64,000 bases of DNA from Octopus sinensis (lineage: Eukaryota). The DNA lies in contig NC_043014.1 in assembly GCF_006345805.1 (NCBI RefSeq), forward strand, positions 25,978,001 through 26,042,000, in the 5' to 3' direction. Positions 37,991 through 50,527 of this stretch are shown here, one piece after another. A program made the position numbers and the translations under genes. Each line of letters opens with the position of its first letter. Within the stretch, counting starts at the first letter, position 1. The notes under the pieces are model-generated. The model was not told where the DNA came from and did no database searches. It worked only from the letters and a program-made list of their open reading frames with translations.

Positions 37991-39255
37991 TCTTGAAAAA
38001 GCGAGGAATTCATTTTGGATTTTACCTTGTGTTCCAATGGGAGCAACTGTAATGATTTTTGGTTGGTGTCTGTTCGTATAGTTTTGGTGAATTTTGTGAT
38101 TTTTGGGGTTTATTTCAGCTCAGTTTAGCTGTCTCACTTGCACTTTTCACTGACGTCATATAGTTCCAAACCAATCAAAACCCAGTCTCAACGAATATAT
38201 CCTGTTAGGAAACCAACCAAGCGGAACGACAGTTTGGCCACGGAAGAAATACGTCATCCTTTTTTTTGACGAATTGAAATTAGATCTGATCCATGACTGT
38301 ATCCTATTAGGTGGCTAGTCCAGCGGAACGAGACGTCATCAATGTTTTGACCAAACAGAATCGGGTCTGACCCATAGCTGTATCGTGTGGGGAAACCGAC
38401 CAAGCAGGGTGACAATAGCTTGCCCACTGAGGTAATACGTCATCAGTTTCTTGACCAATCAGGATTAGATCTGCTCGTAGAGATCTTTTTATAAATTTTT
38501 CCTTCCCTAAGACATATCTCTGTCAGTGTGAGTGACTGTTTAAGGATCTGAGAAATTGTAATTCGCCCCACTTCCATTATTATAATTCTCTCACTGTGGC
38601 CGTAGCAGCAGTGACCACGGTGGTTGTAGTAGTAGTGCAAGCCAGGGCAGTCGCAGCGGCCGTGGTAGAATTTCGCTTCTCCATTTCGGAGGACCAATGT
38701 TTTGTCTTAATATTCCTGGCCCAGGAATATATATATATATATATATATATAATTAATCTATATTTTTGTTATTTTTCATTTGTCTTGCACGCTTAAGTTT
38801 CTGGTGTGCTAAATTTTCTGGAGAACAATTCATAGTGGTTGAGACCATAGCGGATCTTCTTCTAGCATAAGGGTTTCTATACATAGTGGTTAAAAAATTC
38901 CCTCTTTATTATATATATATATATATATATAATATATATAATATATATATATATATAAGCCATTGCTCGATCACATTAATAAAACATTAAGTTATTTGAA
39001 ATAATATTAAAATTTAAAATATACGTATGTTTGTATTGAAACCATACCCACACACACATACACACACCACGTACACATATATACGTATGTATACAATTGT
39101 ATGCGCGCTGACAGTAGTAACTGAGCCATTTAGCTCTTGTTTCTAGCCCTGACTCTCGGTCATATCTAATGATGCTGATGCTTATTGTTTTCCTTTTTGG
39201 AGAATCTCTCCTACCTGCCTCATTCAATTATATATATATGTATATATATATAATA

Positions 39256-39297
<42 letters not shown>

Positions 39298-39451
39298 TAC
39301 ACACACACATATATATATACATATATATATATATAATATATATATATATATACTTATATAACTAATGTAGGATAAAATTTTTTGGGGAAAAACATTTTTA
39401 TCAATGTCCAGCATATCAAAAAATACCTTTAAAGGTTAAATTTATAAATAA

Positions 39452-40297
39452 CTAGCAGAATTGCCCGGCGTTGCTCGGGGCTGAATTGCTTGAAAGTACT
39501 GTTAATGATTGCACTGAATTATGATGATTATTCAGGCAAATATTGATATAAGCTTACGGTGGGAGATAAGGACTTAACGATCAAACGTGTGCCATTGCAT
39601 TGTTTTGGGGGAACCAAATTTCTGATGAGCATTATAGGGGCCCCAACTTTAAGTTTGAGAAAGTGTGGTGGTAGTCCGGGGTGCTCAAAGGAATTGAGTA
39701 CCTCTATTGGATAGTTGATGACGTCCTCTGGGTCAGGAGTTGTATCGATAGACTGATATACATAGACTTCCCCAGGAATGAGTTTTAGCATTTCATCATT
39801 AATATGGTGAACAGTTTTATTCCTCGGGGCCAGTATAGCCTTTTTGCCAATCCAATCCATATTCTGATAATTAGCTTGTAGATCTGGGAACACTGCATCT
39901 CTGAGATCAGAAGGCGTCTTAACAATGTTACAAATGGAATCGATGGCAATATTACCATTTTCATCCCCTGGTATTTTGCCTTCGCCAAATGCAAGGAGGG
40001 TGTGAGGAAATGCTGCTGATGTGATATTACGTCGCATATGAGCACGCATATTGGTGTGAAGTTTGAGAGTTACTTCCGTTTATTTTAAAAAATATGCATT
40101 AAAATGGAAAAAAATGATGGTAAATTATTTGTAAATCATAGACTCATCGTAGACGCGCGCTAATACCCAGAAGGGCTCGATATGAATCACGACTATAAGA
40201 TACCCGGTTTTGGTTAAACTGCATCGCAAAATGTGGGAGTAGTTAGGAATCTAAATCGGAGTAGACAGACACACAACCTTTCTTTTATATATAAATA
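39452..40297 (-). mobile_element. 846-bp Helitron deletion derivative retaining a Pif1-like helicase fragment
   Basis: 3' hairpin cccgagcaacgccggg + CTAG|T at 39452; degenerate 5' TxTxTATATATAAAAG at 40297; ORF 40049-39528 with AILAPRN, PPHFLKLKVGAPIMLIRNL..CNGTRLIV. Confidence 0.88.
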
Positions 40298-40782
40298 TTT
40301 TCGTCCTAAAAAACTTTGTATGGATTGAATGGTTACCTCTATGGAAATATATACACGCACATTATACATACATCTGTGTATAGATGAATATATAAATACA
40401 TTTAAATATCTATATACACTTTTGGGCGATCTTTCTGTTTCTTAGAGATAACTTTAGATCTTATTTTCGTGCTAAAAAACTTTGTATGGAGTGAATGATT
40501 ACCTCTATGGAAATATATACACACACGTTATACATACATGTGTGCATAGATGAATATATAAATACATTTATATATCTATATACACTTTTGGCGATCTGTG
40601 TGCTACTTAGAGATAACTTTAGATCTTATTTTCGTCCTAAAAACTTTGTACGGAGTGAATGGTTACGTGTATGGAAATATATACACACACATTATACATA
40701 CATCTGTGTATAGATGAATATATAAATACATTTAAATATCTATATACACTTTTGGGCGATCTTTCTGCTACTTGGATATAGG
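40298..40782. repeat. Tandem repeat, three units of 165-166 bp
   Basis: Units start tcgtcctaa/tcgtgctaa at 40301, 40467 and 40632; the third unit is completed after the MITE (41234-41250). Confidence 0.9.
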
Positions 40783-41225
40783 GGCGATGTTTCGCTTGTC
40801 GTAGCACACGTTTCCGTCGATTTCCGTAAAAAATGTAAACACTGAATCGGCCATACATACATACATACACACACACATACATACACACACACACACACAT
40901 ACATGCATACATACATATACACATAAACCGAGTAAAAAATTTCAGTTATCTCTCTCTTTCACACATTACTCTCTCTGTCTCTTCACACACACTAACAGAA
41001 GCACTTCACTTACACAACATACTGTCTCTCCCACACTCCATCAAACACACACACACACACACACATGTACATCAATGCGTCCCATGCACGGTAACTTCAA
41101 AAGAACTTCCCTCGTCATACAATCGCTTTCTCTTAGTCTCTTTCGCTCTCATTACTTATGTAAAAAAATAAAAGTTTTTTACGGAAATCGACGGAAACCT
41201 GTGCTACGACAAGCGAAACATCGCC
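40783..41225. mobile_element. 443-bp MITE with 50-bp TIRs and 8-bp TSD (Merlin- or hAT-type)
   Basis: TIR GGCGATGTTTCGCTTGTCGTAGCACA(C/G)GTTTCCGTCGATTTCCGTAAAAA with 1 mismatch; GATATAGG duplicated at 40775-40782 and 41226-41233. Confidence 0.88.
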
Positions 41226-41679
41226 GATATAGGTCTTATATTCGTCCTAAAATACTTTCCTGTCACACACTCACGCACACGCACGCACACACACACACAC
41301 ACACGCACCCTCACACACACACACACGCACACACACACACTCACACACACGCACGTTAGCTTACAATTTTATTTATATATTTGCGTGTCTATGTGTGTAA
41401 AGAGGAAGTGGCAGACTGAAAGAGTCACTCACTACAAAAGGTGAATTACTTTCATTTTATTCGTTGCACACTGTGTGTGTGCGTGTGCGTGAGGTGTAAA
41501 ACACATTAAGAAAAGCATTTGACATACACACCAGAATGTGAGTTTTCTGTAAATTTTGCTTAATTGGAGTTTAAATTTTAAAAAGTGGACCTGGCAAAAC
41601 CCGATGCATTCTACTCTTAAAAATGCTAAGTAAATTGTAATTGAAGAAATCCTATATTGTAGATTTCTATAACTGACAA

Positions 41680-41716
41680 AGGGAGGCAGATAAAATCTGC
41701 CTTTTATAATAAGAGA
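41680..41716 (-). mobile_element. Helitron-type 5' terminus
   Basis: A|TCTCTTATTATAAAAGGCAGATTTTATCTGCC resembles the other Helitron 5' ends here; matching 3' CTAG not found. Confidence 0.45.
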
Positions 41717-42119
41717 TTTACAAGATAAGGGCAGAAGAAAAATTCTAATGCCAAATATGCCGAAGCAAAAAATTGTCGATAACCATTATAATTTATGTGT
41801 CTCGAAATAAACCGATAGAAATCTCTAAAAAAATTTGTTATTACCGTATTGGTCCAATTTCGGGGTTAATTCATAAGAAAAATTTCCCCTCTTCAGCGGG
41901 TATGAGTAAGTATTTCACTTATATCTCGCGTATTTGCCGCTGAAGAGGGGAAAATTTTCTTATGAATTAACCCCGAAATTGGACCAATACGGTAATAACG
42001 ATTTTTTTAGAGATTTCTATCGGTTTGTTTCGAGACGCATAAACTATAATGGTTATCGACAATTTTTTGTTTCGGCATATTTGGCATTAGAATTTTTCTT
42101 CTGCCCTTATCTTGTAAAT
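41716..42119. repeat. Diverged fold-back (about 184-bp arms, 37-bp spacer), MITE-like
   Basis: 41716-41899 versus 41937-42119, several substitutions and one indel. Confidence 0.85.
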
Positions 42120-42411
42120 TATTTATATACTTATATATATATACATATATGTATATATACTCAAAATATAATAAGCAACAAGGATATCCAGAGGTAATGC
42201 CGTACGATCGATTCATGCGACTCCATTTAATTGAACAATGCAAATATTACATCAATTTAAAATGTAGAGCAATCTTCAGCTGCACAATAATATAGAATTT
42301 AATTAAATTCGAAGGACTCATAAGCATATTTTTATCCAAAATCCTCCAAGAGGATAAGGAGATAAATAAAGAACATGTTTTACCAACAACATCACAGTTG
42401 TAACTGAAATT

Positions 42412-42451
<40 letters not shown>

Positions 42452-42645
42452 GAAATTTACAAAAAGACAAAAGACGAAGACAGGTGTAAAAACAACAAAC
42501 AGGTGTATTAGTTTGACACTCGAGAAGGTGAGCAAGTCTTTTACATTTCGAACCTATGTTCTTCAGCAGAAAGGAACACGAGAAAATAAACAGAGAGAGG
42601 ATAGAAAAAACTCTTGGAGTAATATACATAATAATAATAATAATA

Positions 42646-42750
<105 letters not shown>

Positions 42751-42761
42751 TGATGATGATG

Positions 42762-42792
<31 letters not shown>

Positions 42793-42889
42793 TAATAAGG
42801 ATAATAATATTTGGGAGTATAACTCCAAACTTACAGGAAAAAAAATCAATTTTGTATTAAATCAAATTTCACAATATGAATATATAAAA

Positions 42890-43200
42890 TTTAAATTAGA
42901 GGAAAACCAATATTATGCAATTCAAACAATGATAGACATAAACCAAATAATAAATGAAAACTAAAATATATTTTTAAAACAAAACTAGATCACAAAAAGT
43001 ACAAACATGAATAAACAATATATAAGTAATATATAAGTAATATATACTTATATATACTTATATATTGCGTATATATTGTTTATTCATTTTTGTACTTTTT
43101 GTTATCTAGTTATGTTTTAAAAATATATTTTATTTTTTATTTATGATTTGGTTTACGTGTATCATTGTTTGATTTGCGTAATACTGGTTTTTCTTTAATT
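42890..43200. repeat. Diverged AT-rich palindrome centred near 43040
   Basis: aaaactagatcacaaaaagtacaaacatgaataaacaatatata pairs with tatatattgtttattcatttttgtactttttgttatctagtt, etc. Confidence 0.75.
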
Positions 43201-43218
43201 TGTATTGTATATATATAA

Positions 43219-43265
<47 letters not shown>

Positions 43266-43370
43266 TATATATATATATATATTATATAATATATATATTA
43301 TATATCTTTATATATTTATATCTTTACATATATATATATACACACATATATATATAGGCGTATATATATA

Positions 43371-43432
<62 letters not shown>

Positions 43433-43434
43433 CA

Positions 43435-43740
43435 GGTCCAGATACTGCAACAGCTTGGGTTTCAGAGGACCACAGCTCTTTAACATCCTCCCTAAATGCC
43501 TGAGAGACTTACATGGTGTGGATGTGGGTTTCTTTAAAACTAAACTGGATCTCTTCTTGTTGGGAGTCCCAGATGAGCCTACCTCACGATAGGAGACGCG
43601 GATGCGGGCAGCAGCATCGAACTCCCTTGTTGATCAAGTGCCACGTATCAGAGGTGGATTCACAAATTAGTGTAGCTCATTCAGCGGTGGTGCCCCAGCA
43701 TGGCCGCGGCCTTCGGGCTAAAACATTTTTAATGATTTAA
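43435..43740 (+). mobile_element. 3' end of a CR1/L2-like LINE
   Basis: SLGFRGPQLFNILPKCLRDL...FKTKLDLFL..VPDEP...RAAASNSLVDQ, then a 3' UTR ending ggtgccccagcatggccgcggccttcgggctaaaacatt. Confidence 0.65.
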
Positions 43741-43742
43741 TG

Positions 43743-43788
<46 letters not shown>

Positions 43789-44390
43789 CCTTTTTCCTTT
43801 TCGAAATGATTTTTAACCGATTGCTTGGAAGTGCTCAGTACGAACCCGAGATGTTAGACATTATATAACTTGATATAAAGAAGAGACAAAAAACATAAAT
43901 GCATACAGAGATATAACATAAAAGTACATCAAGACAAGGAACATATCTATATATTATTAAGAAAGAAATAAGAGTTATATGAGGTAAAAATGTACATGAA
44001 AAGTGTAAATATATTTCGATGTTAATTGTTATGGGCCGTAACAGAGTCACCCTTGTTTTCGCACCTATAAAATGCTAATATTTTATATACCATGCACATA
44101 TAAAATTGCTAATATATATCGATACAGTATATGCACACTCTCTCACACAAGCTTACATGCATTGCACTGGGGTCGATGTGATCGACTTAATCCCTTTGTC
44201 TGTCTTTGTTGGTCCCCTCTGTGTTTAGCCCCTTGTGGGTAGTAAAGAAATACACACACACACACACACACACACACCACACATATATATATATATATTC
44301 ATATAGATAAGGATAAGATCGTTATTTAAATTACCGATCATAACAGTTGGCTAGCATGGGAATAAAAATCTATAGGTAATAATTATTATT

Positions 44391-44474
44391 AAAATTATAA
44401 TTAAGTGTTTCTAAAAGATACCACCATGCTATCTAGCATGGTGGCACCTTTTAGATACCCTTAATTATAATTTT
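44391..44474. repeat. 84-bp hairpin (41-bp arms, 2-nt loop, 4 mismatches)
   Basis: 44391-44431 versus 44434-44474. Confidence 0.85.
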
Positions 44475-45075
44475 ATGTATATATGTATGTATTAATATGT
44501 TTAACTTTCCATATAGAAATGTTTTCGTCTGACTAGGTATATACAGATATTAATCAAGGATTTATTTTACCTGTTGGTGCGAATCCTGTGAAGTCGAGTG
44601 TTTCATGTAAAGTAGGCAACCAGACACTTATTTCTGCTCTCTTTTGCTTTAGCTGACTGTTTCCTCGGACAACAAAATGAGTATTCACGTTTCATTTGGT
44701 GGAATGACAACAATCAGCAGATACATGCGTGCGCTCACTCGATTTTTCTACCTAGTAGCTTTCAGTGATTGTTTCTATTGTTAGTTATTTTTCGTTAGTT
44801 TCAGTTTTTGTTTATTTGAAACACCTTTCCTTAAATGCCTGCGTTATTCATTTCTCTATCTCTTTCTTTCTTTCTTTCTTTCTTCTTTCTTTCTTTCTTT
44901 CTTTATTTATTTCTTTCTTTCTCCATTTCTTTCTTTCTTTTTTATTTATCGGTTTTGCATGTCTTTATGTAGTGTTGCATTGTCCAGTTTAAGGCACGAA
45001 GTTTAAATTGTTGAATCACAATTTCATTCACTTCTTTCAGGTGTTTCATGTTGTGGTGATCTTAGTAGTAACTTA

Positions 45076-46781
45076 CACTTGCGTCAGAAATTAATTAGCA
45101 CTTCTCAAATTTCTACATTTTCTTACATTTTCTTAATTTAATTAACTTATTATCAGAAACGAACTCGTTTTTAATCAAAAATTTATTAAAACATATCTCA
45201 GCATACCACATAATTGTTATTAATCGTGAAATTTAGTCAATATCTTGTTGCTCCTCCTTTGGCAGCAATGACAGCTGCTACGCGGGCCGGCATACTGTCT
45301 ATGAGTGCCTGCATATACTGTGCAGAGATGGCCCTCTATGCAGCAAGAAGTGCCCCAAACAGCTCATGTCAGTTCCTGTATTGCTGCACATTCAAATCCC
45401 TACCCAATCGACTCCAGAGGTTCTCAATAGGGTTCAGGTCAGGTGACTGGCCAAGCCAGTCCATGACCGTCACCCCATGGTCCTTGAAGAAACCGGTTGT
45501 GAGCTTGGCTGTGTGGGGAGGCGCGTTGTCCTGCTGGAACACGTACTCCTCGCCACCAAAGAGGTATCCCGCAGAGGGTAGGGCAGCATTCCGTACTATC
45601 TCAACGTACTTTGCTGCGTTGATGTTGCCTTCGACGGCATAGAGCCGCCCAACACCACTGTAGCTGAACACCCCCACAACATCAGACCACCCCCACCATG
45701 CTTCATGGTGGGAGCAATGCAGTCTTTATTGAAGCGCTCACTCCTGCGGCGTCGCATATGGACAGGCTTGTCACTGACGAGACTGAATCGCGACTCGTCA
45801 GTGAACATCACTGTCCACTACTGCTGCACGGTCCATGTCTTGTGGGCACGGGCCCAGAGCAGCCGCCTCTTCCGGTTTTGGGCTGTAAGGAGCGGCTTAC
45901 GGGCGGCCCTACGGGATTTTAGACCAGCTTCCAGTAATCTGGTCTTGACGGTGGTTGTAGACAACTGCTTCCCTGTCACCTTTTGCATCTCCTCCGCCAG
46001 TTGCCGGCTCGTTGCCCTTCGGTTGTTCAGTGACTTCCGGTCCTCCCGCTGGGTTGTCAGCCTCTTTCGTCCCCTACCCTTTTTGTCAGCTGCTGATCCG
46101 GTTTCCTCGTATTTCTTAAATAATCACTGAATTGTGCGCCTGGCTACACCAAGTTTTCTGGCTATTGCAGCCTCCGACAACTTCCCACGCCACGAGAGAG
46201 CCTCGTACCGTCTCTCCAAGGTCATGCGAGGTCTTGGGCCCATCTAGGAATGAACGATAAAAACCAGTTATTTTCATTAAAACTATTCATTTGAATAATG
46301 TTATGCTATAACAAAACTGCTATGAGTTATTATTCATTAAACAAAAAAGAAAGAAAGCAGAATTTCTCACCTTATTTGATGTATAACAGAAAGTTTTGTG
46401 AACCGGAAGCAGAGTGTAGGAGAATTTGTGAGGAAAAAAAATCTTGCAAATACACAAATCAATTAACCTACGAGCTGTTCAAAACGTCTTACGCGATGAG
46501 AAAACTTAGTACGGTGTGATTTAGGTCCTTGCGAGGCGCTACCTATATCTATTAAACAAAGGAAGATTTGTCTGCATCCGCACTCCGAGTTGTTGTTGCA
46601 CTGCTATGTCAACATCATTAGGCTGTATACTCTCAAACCGCTCTGCAAACAAAGTTACGTCATCGTTCTGCGCAACAGTGAACTCGCAACAAAGCAATAG
46701 TTCGAGATATGGCCACTAGGTGACAGCACATACCTTGAGTGAAGAGCAAATCAAGGGTGCTAATTAATTTCTGACGTAGTG
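45076..46781 (-). mobile_element. Near full-length Tc1 transposon (1706 bp), transposase pseudogene at 46243-45237
   Basis: TIRs CACT(T)(G/A)CGTCAGAAATTAATTAGCAC with TA on both sides; MGPRPR...HTH, VMFTDESRF, FQQDNAPPHTAK, QSPDLNPIENLW; in-frame stops and a frameshift. Confidence 0.92.
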
Positions 46782-47087
46782 TATGTTGGGAAGCTTCATG
46801 CTTAACGTTTGTCAGCAAATTAATGAAAAAGTCGGCGGACTGGTGAAATTTTCAGAGTGGCGGACAAAATGCGTGCCTCTATTTTGTTGTGGTACAACTG
46901 GAAATCGACAGGGGCAGTGAAAACACGTAAACAAGCAGGAATATTCTAAAAGCATGACGTATAATGATTAGTGCAGAGTCTGGGGATAAATTCGGGAGGA
47001 CCCATTAAGGAAGATCATGAGAAGTGGAGAGAAGACTGAATTAAAAGTGCCACGTGTGTCAAATAGGTACATATATATTTATATTAA

Positions 47088-47140
<53 letters not shown>

Positions 47141-47149
47141 CTACAACAC

Positions 47150-47680
47150 AAGAACTAGGAAGGAATTCAATATGAATGGAGGACTACACCCAAGAGCAGG
47201 AGTAGCAAGATTAAACTTACCTAGAAAGGAAGGTGGTAGAAGACTGTGTGGAGTTAGCTACAACAGATATAGACTCCTATATAAGTAATAGTGAAGAAAG
47301 TTTATTAAAAGATGCTAGAGTCACAATAACACATAGAGAAGCTAAAAATCTAAGTGAAGTTAAAAACCGGAAACAAAATGCGTTGCGCGGTAGATTCCCA
47401 AACAAAGTTCCAGCAAATACTAGTACTGAGACATGGTTATGCTTTACAGTCGCAATGATGAAAAACATAATAAAGTTACAGAACCTAGCCATTGCATTAC
47501 AGAGACTATTGAAAGTGCGGGTAAAATATATCCCAGTAGTTATAGGTGCATTGGGAACTATCCCTAAAGATTTAAACAGATGGACAGAGAAAATAGGCGT
47601 AAAAGCTGGTTTAGTACAGCTGCAGAAAACAGTGTTATTAGGGACAGCGAAGACACTTAGGAGCATTCTTGGTATCTAAG
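47150..47680 (+). mobile_element. Internally deleted R4/Dong-like LINE 3' fragment
   Basis: GLHPRAGVARLNLPRKEGGR joined to IPVVIGALGTIPK...LQKTVLLGTAKTLRSILGI; follows (AAT)n. Confidence 0.8.
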
Positions 47681-47739
47681 GTTACTTGTAGCTCGCTGTT
47701 AGTAACTTTTATTTTCCAACAGTCTAAACTGTTGCGTGC

Positions 47740-47789
<50 letters not shown>

Positions 47790-47796
<7 letters not shown>

Positions 47797-48080
47797 TAAT
47801 AATAATAGAAATACGAAGGTTGTGGTCAAGGAAGAGAGTAGACGTGATACCAATAGCATTTGGTGCACTTGGAAATATCAGCTCTCAACTACCAACATGG
47901 TCAAAAAAGATGGTTGCAAGATCGTTAGAACACTTACAAACATCAGTATTCCTTGGAACTGCAAGAACTCTTCGCAGAGGTCTTGAAGCATGACCAGTAA
48001 AAATGTGTCACCTTAGTCTGCTGGCTACGGACAGCTGACAGTTCCTATCATACCCAGCAAAATAAGCTGTGAGTTTTCAT
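47790..48080 (+). mobile_element. R4/Dong-like LINE extreme 3' end between (AAT)n tracts
   Basis: EIRRLW..VDVIPIAFGALG...LQTSVFLGTARTLRRGLEA stop, then 3' UTR. Confidence 0.8.
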
Positions 48081-48092
48081 ATGATAATAATA

Positions 48093-48170
<78 letters not shown>

Positions 48171-48173
<3 letters not shown>

Positions 48174-48678
48174 GATTGGAAGTGGTATCATGTACATTGT
48201 TTTGTCTTGGTATAAAAGATGGGCTACAGCAAATATTCTGCTCAATACCACAGATTTGCTTGTCAGTTGTTTGACCTTAACCAGTTGAGCATGTCCCTTA
48301 GTGGCTGACGATATGTGCATCTCTGATCACGAGCAGAAGTAGTGGGGGAGCATCATAGCCATGTGTTGAGAAGGATTCTTTGGGGTTTGAATAATTCACC
48401 TCTGGAAACATGGGTGTTTCGTTCAACGTCCTTAAACAACCCTTATTCAGGGACCTTTTGAGCGGGATGGGTTACTCGATCTGAAGAAAATTCTAACTGG
48501 GCCCCACCTGCAAGGTCATGTGCTGTTTATCTTGATATGAGATCACCATGTGGCGCACATATGGTTGTGATGCATGTGCCTGGTGTACCCTTATCAGACG
48601 GGTAGTCATGATGGGTATACTGGGCTTCGTATATTTTACCCCAGTGTCACTTTGATGGCATGCTCTGCTCGCTCACTC
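48171..48678 (-). mobile_element. Non-coding retroposon-like repeat (second copy 49203-49710)
   Basis: Shares its 3' end with 5770-6020; flanked by AAT/TTA repeats. Confidence 0.6.
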
Positions 48679-48719
<41 letters not shown>

Positions 48720-48746
48720 GGATGATAATAATGATAATAATAATAA

Positions 48747-49107
48747 CTAGCACTATGACCCGGCGTTGCCGGGTCATAATGTTAGTGCATGCATACAGCT
48801 GCGTGCGTGCACACTTACACGCTAGTATTGTCCAAATCTCCGACCAATCCCATACAGCTAGCTGGCATTCAATTGGCGTATCAAGTTTTGGGCATTTTGA
48901 TTGGGTTTTGGATAAAAAATTCACAAAAAGTCACTTCTATTGATTTTTTAATGGCTTTGCGGGGTGACTGGGGAAATGTAAAGATGTGCACGACCACCCT
49001 TGGACGGTTTTGAATGAGCATAGAAAGTGTGAGCCCTCTAACTGAAAAATTGTGGATTTGTAAAAAGGACACGCACACAGACAGTTTGCCGTTTATATAG
49101 AGAGAGA
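48747..49107 (-). mobile_element. 361-bp non-autonomous Helitron (second copy 49779-50139)
   Basis: A|TCTCTCTCTATATAAACGG 5' end; atgacccggcaacgccgggtcat hairpin + agtgCTAG|T 3' end; inserted in (AAT)n. Confidence 0.88.
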
Positions 49108-49135
49108 TAATAATAATATAATAATAATAATAATA

Positions 49136-49171
<36 letters not shown>

Positions 49172-49710
49172 TAATAATAATAATATAATAATAATATAAT
49201 AATAAGATTGGAAGTGGTATCATGTACATTGTTTTGTCTTGGTATAAAAGATGGGCTACAGCAAATATTCTGCTCAATACCACAGATTTGCTTGTCAGTT
49301 GTTTGACCTTAACCAGTTGAGCATGTCCCTTAGTGGCTGACGATATGTGCATCTCTGATCACGAGCAGAAGTAGTGGGGGAGCATCATAGCCATGTGTTG
49401 AGAAGGATTCTTTGGGGTTTGAATAATTCACCTCTGGAAACATGGGTGTTTCGTTCAACGTCCTTAAACAACCCTTATTCAGGGACCTTTTGAGCGGGAT
49501 GGGTTACTCGATCTGAAGAAAATTCTAACTGGGCCCCACCTGCAAGGTCATGTGCTGTTTATCTTGATATGAGATCACCATGTGGCGCACATATGGTTGT
49601 GATGCATGTGCCTGGTGTACCCTTATCAGACGGGTAGTCATGATGGGTATACTGGGCTTCGTATATTTTACCCCAGTGTCACTTTGATGGCATGCTCTGC
49701 TCGCTCACTC

Positions 49711-49751
<41 letters not shown>

Positions 49752-50138
49752 GGATGATAATAATGATAATAATAATAACTAGCACTATGACCCGGCGTTG
49801 CCGGGTCATAATGTTAGTGCATGCATACAGCTGCGTGCGTGCACACTTACACGCTAGTATTGTCCAAATCTCCGACCAATCCCATACAGCTAGCTGGCAT
49901 TCAATTGGCGTATCAAGTTTTGGGCATTTTGATTGGGTTTTGGATAAAAAATTCACAAAAAGTCACTTCTATTGATTTTTTAATGGCTTTGCGGGGTGAC
50001 TGGGGAAATGTAAAGATGTGCACGACCACCCTTGGACGGTTTTGAATGAGCATAGAAAGTGTGAGCCCTCTAACTGAAAAATTGTGGATTTGTAAAAAGG
50101 ACACGCACACAGACAGTTTGCCGTTTATATAGAGAGAG

Positions 50139-50232
<94 letters not shown>

Positions 50233-50251
50233 TAATAATAATATTAATAAT

Positions 50252-50527
50252 AAACATAAGACACTCCATGAATAAAACATAAGCCACTCCATGAATAAAA
50301 CATAAGACACTCCATGAATAAAACATAAGACACTCCATGAATAAAACATAAGACACTCCATGAATAAAACATAAGACACTCCATGAATAAAACATAAGCC
50401 ACTCCATGAATAAAACATAAGACACTCCATGAATAAAACATAAGACACTCCATGAATAAAACATAAGACACTCCATGAATAAAACATAAGACACTCCATG
50501 AATAAAACATAAGACACTCTATGAATA
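50252..50527 (+). repeat. 23-bp minisatellite, 12 units (AAACATAAGACACTCCATGAATA)
   Basis: Seen directly; a few units have one substitution. Confidence 0.95.

Larger units (their letters stand above)
48171..50140. repeat. Tandem duplication of a 1032-bp unit bounded by (AAT)n
   Basis: 48171-49108 and 49203-50140 appear identical; ORF track offsets are exactly 1032. Confidence 0.93.

Noticed and set aside
38443-38697. 84-aa Cys/His/Tyr-rich ORF
   Set aside because: Derived from degenerate trinucleotide repeats; no splice or family support.
39452-41716. A single composite Helitron using the 41716 5' end and the 39452 3' end
   Set aside because: The supporting flank match is only about 10 AT-rich bases and does not extend; an internal 5' end at 40297 already explains the 3' end.
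49913-50517. Repetitive ORFs (MECLMFYSWSVLCFIHGVSYVLF)n
   Set aside because: Antisense translation of the 23-bp minisatellite.
50252-50527. Short regular repeats as a CRISPR array
   Set aside because: No unique spacers, eukaryotic context, no cas genes.
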